Numbered from the stretch's first letter, positions 17,501 to 24,967 are shown. The stretch is 32,000 nt of DNA from Candidatus Lokiarchaeum ossiferum (GCA_025839675.1 CP104013.1:240001-272000); one strand, 5' to 3'. Program-made: numbers and translations. Notes: generated by a model from the sequence alone, not told the origin.

Positions 17501-20115
17501 TTCAGTATGGAGATATAATTGGGTATTTTCTCCAGCATATTGAAGAGGATAAGAAGGGGAATCATTCCTTATTATGGATAAAAGGGACATCGGGCAATAT
17601 TGGAAGAATAAGTGAAACATATTTGGAATTAGTCGGATTGTATTTACTTGAATCAGAAATATTTGAAATGGTCGATTCTCCTGCCCAAGGAAGGCTATTA
17701 AGGACCTTTACCGCCGAATCTCGAAGTTATGAACCCTTTTTTACCTTAGCTGGAAAAAAACTGGAAGAACCATTAACTAAAATTCCTTTTGTATATAACA
17801 ATAAGAAATCGCATAATAAACCTGAAATGTTGTATTTAGATTATCTCATTCCAACACAATTAATTCAGTTTTGTAATCCGGAACAAGGAAGTATTTTAGC
17901 AGATAGAAGAGGAAGAGTAAAAAGGAAGATATTACAAGAATGGCATATTTTAGATGAGAATAGTCAGATCACGCTTATTACCAAAGTGCTTATCAATGCC
18001 TTACGCTCATTTTTCTTTGTCCAGCTAGGAAAATCCAATCCAGACCTAATTTCTGAGTTTGAAGTCCGTTTTTCAATATCGGAAATGATTTATTTATCTC
18101 AGCATCACAAGAAAAATTATTCTAATATTCCGGTGCTGTCTAAAATTCTTACGAGTCCTAAACAATTAGCTTTTCTAATAAGGAAATTTGCAAAAAAAAC
18201 GAAAGAAGGGAATATGGTTATCGTGGAGGACTCGGGGTTATCAGAAATTGCAGATAAAGTTGAAATTTGGCAGTATGCAAATCCCGGAATTATTGATTAC
18301 TCTGATAATTTACCAAAATGTAAATTTGAAACAATTATTAAAGAGATCTATCACCCTCTCCAACATCCATTTACTTTGATAGATGGTGAGATTGGATGTG
18401 GAAAAAGTGTTTTACTCGCTCAAATCGCAATAAACCAGTTAGAGCAAAATAAAACAATTTACATATTGCAACCCTTTGTCGAATTGTCCCGAGTTCCCGA
18501 CATTAAACCAAATTCTTTAATCATCATTGATAATATCGACGCTTTATCAGATCATCAATTACAGATAATTAATTTATGGTATAATATCAAGGAGATACAA
18601 GTTATTGCGACTATTAGATCAGAAAAGATGAAAGCCTTTCGTAATCGATTTAATATCTTAAATCCATTACCAAATTCACTTAGTAGATGGCATTCTGTCA
18701 AATTCTCCAATTGGACGATTAAAGAATTAATTGAACTAATTGAACATGAAAAAAATTACTGGGGAATTGCATCGGGAATTGAAAATTATAGGGAAGAAAT
18801 ATTGGAGATTTCAAATGGAAATTGCACATTTTCAACCGGAATATTGAAAAACCTCCGATTTAAAGGAAAAAAAGTGCTGTTACGAAGCGATCTTTTTGAA
18901 CCTGTTGAGGCAATGGGTTCAAAAATTTTGCGATTATTAGCCGAACTTTACCTCGATGAAAATAGTCAAATAATCTCCGAAAATGCTACCAATGAATTAA
19001 AATTGATATGGATAATTCTTATGGCATATCGAAAAATTCCAATTGAACAAATAGAACCAAAAATAAATTATTATCGAGGTTTACCAGATATATTATTTAA
19101 AAGTCTTTTAGATAATTTGCACGTAGACTTGCAAAGTGATGATTCTTACTTATCGAGTATTTTTCCCGCAATTTTGAGAGGGAATTCCATAAAAATTCCC
19201 CCAAATATTGCTTGGAAGCAATATATTTTAGATATCAAAAACGGTGGATTAATTTTATTTATGAGGAATAAACAAGGGAATTCTTCTTTTTTTGAATTGG
19301 AAAGATGGGCTCAAATTCTAAAGATCTTTCAGAATATTCAAGAAGAACAAGGAGAAAGTATTTTTCAACTCTTTAAGAATATTATTCAAGAAATTGTGAA
19401 TTCAAATGATTTCGATTTTCATGAATTGATTCATATTATCTGTTTTACAATTGGATTTTATTACGATAGAGGGTTTTATGAATATTTTCCTTCAGAATTT
19501 TGGGAAAGCAAGAATTATCAAGAGATGTTCAAAAGTTTCAACAATGGAGAAATGATTGAATTTATTCAAATCATCCTTTCTACTATTTTGTATTCTTATA
19601 TGCCAATTTCTTTAGAAATTCCACAGGAAGTTATATTTAAACCGCTAAAAATTGTTGAAAGCATAATTAGTTATGCAGAAACAGATTTGAAAATTCTTGT
19701 TCCTAATTTAATTAAAACACAACTATATGGCTTTCAAGGAAAATTCCATTTCTATTTTCAAAATATAGAAGAAAGCCTAACTTCTTTCTTAAAGGTGGAA
19801 TCCCTCCCACAATTTTCAGAGATGGATTTAGAGATTCAAATGGAAATCTTAGAAGAAATTATATCGATTTATCTTATTCAGAAGAAACCTGAAATAATGG
19901 AAGCTTGGTTGACTAAAATAAAAGATGTTGATCAGAAAATGTGTAACAACCTTAATCGCTTTCCAAAAATACTTCAACCACATGTACATGAATTACATGC
20001 ATCCTATCTATTCATTTTATCACGATATTATGAAATAAGAGGTGATACTGAGAAGAAAGATGAACTCTTCATGGAAGCAAATATATATAAAAAGGAATGG
20101 AATATTGGAAAATAA
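14560..20115 (+). CDS. giant TPR-repeat / unknown middle region / P-loop STAND-like NTPase / helical C-terminal protein (1851 aa; ATG 14569 may be the true start)
   Basis: Many canonical 34-aa TPR units occur in the first ~800 aa (e.g. AEYNTLGLIYLYARKFENAIQSFKTSIEYNP, KFQLGNAYESRRDYQRAIKIYTEILQIDP). Walker A GEIGCGKS is encoded at 18385-18408 and Walker B LIIIDNID at 18517-18540. Confidence 0.85.
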   Translation: MKIMSHKTYTKLEAMLKELVQLITSENFTYETNYYAQILFIHEISVSLKNQSSLGKSIEGKIKSILDYLLQNKIEEIPQDLLDEEKIQILKLGINKFLNINNFNAADKGLQLLGNIKSENKFAIIYQTRLLCNQNKFKDARVKLNQIQIPNKKTEKYLFFSTKFNILVQKSNIEEWKNFEKQIKEYIPDDVSLARMTSIQIYKLEGEFEKAISLQQEVINELKAHEDTHSFVYSAEYNTLGLIYLYARKFENAIQSFKTSIEYNPTSLNLKFQLGNAYESRRDYQRAIKIYTEILQIDPSNPKVVTTLANMISRDGNPDNAIKMYRKLMDNKSYVEQNGYFFKNLALAYFRKGDFKNAEINHNIAIEKDPNNHQFYYHRGTFYLHSMKYNKSKHDLLKAIELFPSHPDYWNQIGNVYLNQNLVEDATTAFQECVKLDPIHFSALFNLGLVHYFQKKPSIALKFLQKAEKSCPSQFLVYFYQGVIHLKNIQYKKASKCFLIALKLEKPTKLMQERFEKFELDILCGLYHCHFELQQNEEALTIGQTLMKKTEKNIESNEIFVSNIESVQDPTSFLLIIKRNYAVLLERIGKYEEAIEILSDHRPSNSFLFDENHKERCFQLTSIMYLHKKEYINARNAIWHALSNRESSLSYFICGFIEFKLKTQDSQKNFKVSVQILYESQVNLFLYFENLKILFEFCEKFHFTSSFKKISAFQPSFAQLTQKTSSIEQFNIIPYQLWYKIIMFSICIDSTQEFMIEKLEELNERSQSKFSEWLDYWEMLLHLGIKYKKTQKIKRVLKKMFALNPNYKIRSKLWNNEIIGKQEVLKLKLSEKIKQQKQVDLTEERYVFKFRDRGFWHKGDYYIILDTGETGSEFREGPNNYYIKDQVDLGLSSKRMGLNTNDNINEEEKQKFQELMENLHTQVFLTDKTETNFQSNLTELFGMNNSGTMNYFLSKDDIQAIKEYNEIIKKSPEYLKQYGIIQYGDIIGYFLQHIEEDKKGNHSLLWIKGTSGNIGRISETYLELVGLYLLESEIFEMVDSPAQGRLLRTFTAESRSYEPFFTLAGKKLEEPLTKIPFVYNNKKSHNKPEMLYLDYLIPTQLIQFCNPEQGSILADRRGRVKRKILQEWHILDENSQITLITKVLINALRSFFFVQLGKSNPDLISEFEVRFSISEMIYLSQHHKKNYSNIPVLSKILTSPKQLAFLIRKFAKKTKEGNMVIVEDSGLSEIADKVEIWQYANPGIIDYSDNLPKCKFETIIKEIYHPLQHPFTLIDGEIGCGKSVLLAQIAINQLEQNKTIYILQPFVELSRVPDIKPNSLIIIDNIDALSDHQLQIINLWYNIKEIQVIATIRSEKMKAFRNRFNILNPLPNSLSRWHSVKFSNWTIKELIELIEHEKNYWGIASGIENYREEILEISNGNCTFSTGILKNLRFKGKKVLLRSDLFEPVEAMGSKILRLLAELYLDENSQIISENATNELKLIWIILMAYRKIPIEQIEPKINYYRGLPDILFKSLLDNLHVDLQSDDSYLSSIFPAILRGNSIKIPPNIAWKQYILDIKNGGLILFMRNKQGNSSFFELERWAQILKIFQNIQEEQGESIFQLFKNIIQEIVNSNDFDFHELIHIICFTIGFYYDRGFYEYFPSEFWESKNYQEMFKSFNNGEMIEFIQIILSTILYSYMPISLEIPQEVIFKPLKIVESIISYAETDLKILVPNLIKTQLYGFQGKFHFYFQNIEESLTSFLKVESLPQFSEMDLEIQMEILEEIISIYLIQKKPEIMEAWLTKIKDVDQKMCNNLNRFPKILQPHVHELHASYLFILSRYYEIRGDTEKKDELFMEANIYKKEWNIGK

Positions 20116-20130
20116 AAAAATAAGAAAATA

Positions 20131-20174
20131 GAGATATTTGGTGAACTCTAAAGAGATATTTGGCGAACTCTAAA
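20131..20174 (+). repeat. exact tandem 22-bp direct repeat x2 (GAGATATTTGG[T/C]GAACTCTAAA)
   Basis: Read directly. One mismatch between units. Located 16 bp after the stop of the giant gene. Confidence 0.9.
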
Positions 20175-20239
20175 CAATTATTTCACTTCTTTGGAGAGGA
20201 AAATATAAGAATTAGATGGTCACCAACAAAAGGTGTAGA

Positions 20240-20264
20240 CATCACAGTAACATCACAGTAACAT
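20240..20264 (+). repeat. tandem 11-bp repeat CATCACAGTAA x2 plus a partial third unit
   Basis: Read directly. About 100 bp upstream of ATG 20366. Confidence 0.85.
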
Positions 20265-20365
20265 TTTAAAATTTGAAATTATTACAAGATAGCTAAATTT
20301 AATAAGATATTTTTTCTTAAAAACATACAATCTGATAGTAATTAAATTGAGAAAGGCAAAAGAAA

Positions 20366-22408
20366 ATGTCAATTGCAAAAGGATTTTTTGATAATGAAGT
20401 TATTCAGCAAATAAAGTCAGGTAATTTAGATATTTTTAATCAATTAACAAAAGATATGGAGAAAATTGTAAATACTCAAATTAAGTTTAATAATTATAAA
20501 ATAAAAAAAATTTTTACATCTCCAAATTTGTCAGCAGGTAATCCACCTAGGATAATTAATCCTGATTGTGAATCTACAATTATTGTGGGACCAAGTGGAG
20601 CTGGAAAGACAACCTTTTTTGATAAAGTAATTCACCCAATAATTAGTTCAAATACAATTAAATCACCTATCAGAGAATACGTTAATGGTTTAAAAATAAC
20701 GTATTCAGTATCCGATAAAAAACCTCAGAAAGACAAAACTAGAGATGATTTAACATTTCAATTCACAACAACACTACCTAACGAGGTTTCTTTGATAGTT
20801 AATAATAAAAAATCAATTGAAAATAAAAAAATCTTGAAATCTCTGGGTTTGTATGACAATTATTTGAGTGCTTTTTTTTTTGTTAGTGGTCAAAACGATC
20901 ATTTACAGCTTTTCTCAAATTTTCAAGGAAATATCGCTCAATATAAGAGATTTTTTTATCACCCTACTGATTTAGAAGTTGTTAAATTATATGAAAGTAC
21001 GATAAATGAAATGTCTGAGATTTTGCAAGATAATAATTCTCGAATAAATCATATTGAAACTAGAAAAAGAAGAATTGAAGATTATATTACCAAATTGCAG
21101 AAAGAAATTATAGAATACCAGATGTTATTAGACAATAGCACAGATATAAAAATTTTAATTGATAAATTGCGAGCCAATTCAAAATTTAATGCATTGCGGG
21201 AAGAGTTAAAAGAAAATAGGAAGAAAATTGATAATATTGATGATAAAATATTGATTGAAAATCAGATTATAAAAGACAAGCAAAATAAAAAGATTTCAAG
21301 AAAATTTTCAGATGAATACCACCGATTTATTCGTGAGCAATACAATTCTTCCTTCAAGAGGTGCTTAATATGCTATGAGGAAATCAATTTCAATAAATAT
21401 CACAAAGCTTTTGAATCAGGAAGTTGCTATTTATGTAATTCAAAGTATCATGGATATGAAAAATATAATGGTACCATGTTTATTAAGGAAGAAAACAAAA
21501 CAAAAAAAATCCAAAAAGGTTTACTGCATTTTATTACTGATAAATCGAATTTACTCAAAGAAAAGGAAGAAATAATTAAAAGAATCAAAGAAAAGGAAAA
21601 ACTTACATTTTCCGATGAAGAAATACGTTTAAAAAAGATAATATCGCCATTTTACATGGAAATCACTAGGACGCATCGAAATTTTGAAGATCTTCTTAAT
21701 AATTTCGCAGATATTAAAAGTTCTAAAGAAGAAATGATTACAGGATATAAAGAAAATGTTTTTGATTATAATAAAGAAATAATCAAACTCAAAAAAATAC
21801 AAAATATTCTAAAAAAAAAATTTGAAATTATAAATGTAATATATAAAAATTTTATAGAAAAGTTAGAATTAGATATTAAAGATGTATATGAAGTATTTTG
21901 TGATAAAATATCTCAATTTTGGTCTCAGTTATCCCAGATTTCTGACAAAAAAATTCAAGAAAAAAATGGAAGACTTTATGTTGTTACAGTCTCAAAAGGG
22001 AGTCTTCTCCCCATTACAACTAAAATTACAGGTTTAGATCCAAAACAAAAAAGACTTTCTACAAACATGGTAGAAATATTAAGATATTCTATTCAATTAG
22101 CTTTTATTTATTGTTTATCTACCAAATTTCAAAAAACACCCTTTAAAGTAATATTTTTTGATGATCCAAATCAGAAATATCTCAGATCCCTTATAAATTT
22201 GTTAAACTCAACATTTGTTAATGACCTAAATTTTCAAATAATAATTTTAACACATATGGAAGAGGTCGAAACTTCATGGAAAAAAGAGGAATTCGATTTC
22301 TATGATGGAAATATGCCTATGTCAAATGATGCATGCTCATTAATAGTTAAAAATTGGAGATCTGGTGAATCAAATGATGTTAATTCTGAGGAGAATAATA
22401 AAAATTAG
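20366..22408 (+). CDS. Rad50/SMC-like ABC ATPase with a coiled-coil insertion carrying a CxxC...CxxC zinc ribbon
   Basis: Walker A GPSGAGKTT (20588-20614). Long K/E/I-rich coiled-coil-like middle. CLICYEE...CYLCNSKYH (21362-21435). Signature-like LSTNM..., Walker B VIFFDD (22148-22165) and H-loop-like IILTH near the C-terminus. Confidence 0.85.
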   Translation: MSIAKGFFDNEVIQQIKSGNLDIFNQLTKDMEKIVNTQIKFNNYKIKKIFTSPNLSAGNPPRIINPDCESTIIVGPSGAGKTTFFDKVIHPIISSNTIKSPIREYVNGLKITYSVSDKKPQKDKTRDDLTFQFTTTLPNEVSLIVNNKKSIENKKILKSLGLYDNYLSAFFFVSGQNDHLQLFSNFQGNIAQYKRFFYHPTDLEVVKLYESTINEMSEILQDNNSRINHIETRKRRIEDYITKLQKEIIEYQMLLDNSTDIKILIDKLRANSKFNALREELKENRKKIDNIDDKILIENQIIKDKQNKKISRKFSDEYHRFIREQYNSSFKRCLICYEEINFNKYHKAFESGSCYLCNSKYHGYEKYNGTMFIKEENKTKKIQKGLLHFITDKSNLLKEKEEIIKRIKEKEKLTFSDEEIRLKKIISPFYMEITRTHRNFEDLLNNFADIKSSKEEMITGYKENVFDYNKEIIKLKKIQNILKKKFEIINVIYKNFIEKLELDIKDVYEVFCDKISQFWSQLSQISDKKIQEKNGRLYVVTVSKGSLLPITTKITGLDPKQKRLSTNMVEILRYSIQLAFIYCLSTKFQKTPFKVIFFDDPNQKYLRSLINLLNSTFVNDLNFQIIILTHMEEVETSWKKEEFDFYDGNMPMSNDACSLIVKNWRSGESNDVNSEENNKN

Positions 22409-22422
22409 GAGTACTATGGAAA

Positions 22423-23001
22423 TTGAGTAAAAAAACCAGATCAATTATCAATTTAGTGTTAGATAAGTTCATTTTGAATAAATATAAGCAAAAAATAGAT
22501 GAAAAGTATTTAAAAAGTTTGTTTGTTGTATGTAAAAAACTAGAAAAGGAATTTTCAATATTCAATTTAGAAAAATTTATTTTGGGAATAAAATTTGAAG
22601 AAAAATTATATAATGAATCCATATTTAAAACTGCAAAAAAAACAATTCCAAAAAAAATTCTTACTGAAGATGCAGCTGTTGGATTGGCTTTCTGTTTTTT
22701 ATTCAAAATTTGTCCAGATATAACTGAAATAGAATGTTATCAGGCAGAAGGAGAAGGATATGATTACAGGTATCGAATCGGAGATCATTTTTACAAAATT
22801 GAAATGAGTGGGACAGATACAGAGATTTCTAAATATTTTACTGATCGAATTTATGCAAAAAGACAAAAATTTAAAGATGGTACATATTGGGAAGATAACT
22901 TCGAAAAAGAAGAAATTTTTATCGTTGATTTTCATTTCGACAGATATACTTATTGGGATTCAAAAGTACATGATAATATAAAGCAAGGTAGATTAAATTG
23001 A
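22423..23001 (+). CDS. hypothetical protein, second gene of the ATPase operon; weak PD-(D/E)xK-like pattern
   Basis: TTG start 11 nt after AGGAG (22407-22411), with no in-frame ATG nearby. EDAAVGL...GEGYDYRY...YKIEMSG could be an E...D...E-x-(S) degenerate nuclease core (speculative). Confidence 0.55.
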   Translation: MSKKTRSIINLVLDKFILNKYKQKIDEKYLKSLFVVCKKLEKEFSIFNLEKFILGIKFEEKLYNESIFKTAKKTIPKKILTEDAAVGLAFCFLFKICPDITEIECYQAEGEGYDYRYRIGDHFYKIEMSGTDTEISKYFTDRIYAKRQKFKDGTYWEDNFEKEEIFIVDFHFDRYTYWDSKVHDNIKQGRLN

Positions 23002-23813
23002 TTGGATTATATTCTGAAGATGTTGAAAAACATATCAATATTATTAAAAAAGAAAAAACTAGTCTCATCATCAATCTTAGGAACAATAGTGATGAAGAAA
23101 AAGATGATAATTATAGAAGAATAATTAGATTAGAACTTGAAATTGCAGATATGGAGATAATACGTGGATTTTATAATAAAGCGATAAGCAATATAAAAAA
23201 TGGCTTGATATTTTTAGACAAACTTCAAAACTCACATCATTTTATTGAAAAAATTTGTTTAAGAGGTCTAATTGAAGAAAAATTTTCATCAGAAAATAGA
23301 GAATTGTTTTTTAAATTTTTAATTAAAGATAAGGATCCTATTGACGAGGATTTAGAACAAATTTCTGATTCATTAAGAAATACTTTTGCTTATATCATTG
23401 ATGAATTTGTTGAAAATAAATTTAAAGCGAATCTCCAGAACCTAAATAAATCTCATTTCTATTTATATCAAAACACTCCTTTTAGGTACTTAGATTTGAT
23501 TCCAAAACCAATTATTAAAATTGGCTCATATCCGCTCTATTCGGAGCATTTTAATACATTTTTCTCGGTTTATTCTGAGAATTGGGATTTCTTCTCAATA
23601 AAAGATAATCTTGTACATCCAAGCCTTGAATACAATAGACTTCTTATATTCGCGAATTCATTTAAACGTCGAATTGCTGAGCAAAATGTTAAAATTTTGA
23701 CATTTTATGAAAACCTTCTTAAAAGTTTTTCAAATTGGAAAACTGATGAAATTAAAGAATGGGAAAAAAAGACACAAATACTAAATCATTTTGGTAGAGA
23801 TGCAAAGATCTAA
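22998..23813 (+). CDS. hypothetical alpha-helical protein, third gene of the ATPase operon
   Basis: TTG 22998 overlaps the upstream TGA (TTGA), suggesting translational coupling. No family recognised. Confidence 0.6.
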   Translation: MIGLYSEDVEKHINIIKKEKTSLIINLRNNSDEEKDDNYRRIIRLELEIADMEIIRGFYNKAISNIKNGLIFLDKLQNSHHFIEKICLRGLIEEKFSSENRELFFKFLIKDKDPIDEDLEQISDSLRNTFAYIIDEFVENKFKANLQNLNKSHFYLYQNTPFRYLDLIPKPIIKIGSYPLYSEHFNTFFSVYSENWDFFSIKDNLVHPSLEYNRLLIFANSFKRRIAEQNVKILTFYENLLKSFSNWKTDEIKEWEKKTQILNHFGRDAKI

Positions 23814-24270
23814 TGAGGATAATTATTATATTAAAAGAAAGGTCCGATTCATAATTGAATAAAGCAGAACCTGAGTCAATAAAATGAGATTTTTGATTTT
23901 CTTGGAAATAACTCAGTTTTTTGCGAATATTTATTAAAAATTTTCAAAATTTCCAATATTTCGAATATTTATCCATTTGGGTATATCTCCATTGAAAAAT
24001 GGAATCAATTTTTGCTCGTAAATCCTTTGAAGAAGGACATTTCTTCTCAGAGAGAGAAGCGAAGGCACGGTAAACATACAGCCATCCAAAAAGACAATAT
24101 ATGACTTTGCTCAAGTATCAATTGAAGTAATTTTGAGTGATAATTCAATTCAAAGAAACTAACAACGATTAAATTTATGAATAGAAAGTAAAAGAAAAAT
24201 TAACAAAAAAGCAATTCTAATAGATAAAACCAGTCAATTTCTCAAGAAAGTCCAAATTTTCTACATTATT

Positions 24271-24294
24271 ATGTAGGGATGTAGGGATGTAGAA
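24271..24294 (+). repeat. tandem octamer ATGTAGGG x2 plus a degenerate third unit ATGTAGAA, preceded by the inverted CTACAT (24261-24266)
   Basis: Read directly. About 90 bp upstream of ATG 24384. Confidence 0.7.
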
Positions 24295-24383
24295 GATGAT
24301 GGCTTAAGATAGGGAGTTGAATTATATAACTTGGCATACTTTTCTAGGTCTTTTTAAAATATTGTAACTAAAATATTCCTAAT

Positions 24384-24746
24384 ATGAATATAAAAACAGA
24401 TAACGATTTTTTTGATTTCATGCAGGAAGAAGTAATAAATCTTTTAAAAAAAAATAAAAGTGGATTAACAATAGAGCAAATATTGATTGCTATTAAGAAA
24501 AAAGGATATAATCTTCTTGCAGTTGACGATATTTGGCAAATTAGATATGGTATTTCTTTAATCAAAGAATTAGAAATACAAATTGGTGAAGATTTGAAAA
24601 ATGAGTTAGATAAACTATCCGAAAATCCATATACAAACCTATCTTTCGAAGAAAGTGTAGAAAGACTTAAATCTATTAAAGAACAGTATGTAAAAGAATT
24701 GTTTCTTTGGAACAAAGCAATGGGTCTCCCAATTAAGCGAGAGTGA
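24384..24746 (+). CDS. hypothetical small protein, possibly winged-helix-like
   Basis: Preferred over the fully overlapping antisense ORF 24368-24715, whose S/F/L/I-rich composition is typical of the antisense of K/E/N-rich coding sequence. Confidence 0.5.
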   Translation: MNIKTDNDFFDFMQEEVINLLKKNKSGLTIEQILIAIKKKGYNLLAVDDIWQIRYGISLIKELEIQIGEDLKNELDKLSENPYTNLSFEESVERLKSIKEQYVKELFLWNKAMGLPIKRE

Positions 24747-24856
24747 AGATTAAATCGGAGATCACAAAAATCTTAATGCATATCCTTTAAATCGAAAGTG
24801 ACATATTTTACAAATCTTTAGGATAATTATAAAACATTAGTTAAAGATAAAACCAT

Positions 24857-24937
24857 GGTTTAACGATGGTTAAACCAATTCTTGATATATTTTTTATAAT
24901 TTCTTGAGGGTATATAAGGGTTTAACCATCGTTAAAT
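24857..24937 (+). repeat. 18-bp perfect inverted repeat (24859-24876 TTTAACGATGGTTAAACC / 24919-24936 GGTTTAACCATCGTTAAA) with attC-like outer cores GTTTAAC (24858-24864) and GTTAAAT (24931-24937)
   Basis: Read directly. Each arm is itself a small palindrome (GGTTTAAC-gatg-GTTAAACC). The AACCATGGTT palindrome at 24851-24860 abuts it. Confidence 0.85.
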
Positions 24938-24941
24938 TTTA

Positions 24942-24967
24942 AGACCCACTCCCCCTCAGAGCCGCCA
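24942..24967 (+). repeat. copy B of the intergenic repeat core: AGACCCACTCCCCCTCAGAGCCGCCA
   Basis: Read directly. It is G+C-rich in an AT-rich spacer. Confidence 0.9.

Noticed and set aside
20131-20264. CRISPR array check on the tandem repeats here and at 24271-24294
   Set aside because: The units are directly adjacent with no spacers, there are only 2-3 copies, and the units are 8-22 bp. No cas genes are in the window. These are not CRISPR.
24368-24715. 115-aa minus-strand ORF fully overlapping the 24384-24746 plus-strand ORF
   Set aside because: Only one of the pair can reasonably be real. The plus-strand product has balanced, helix-like composition, and the minus-strand product is S/F/L/I-rich shadow sequence. 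Confidence in the plus-strand gene itself is only moderate.
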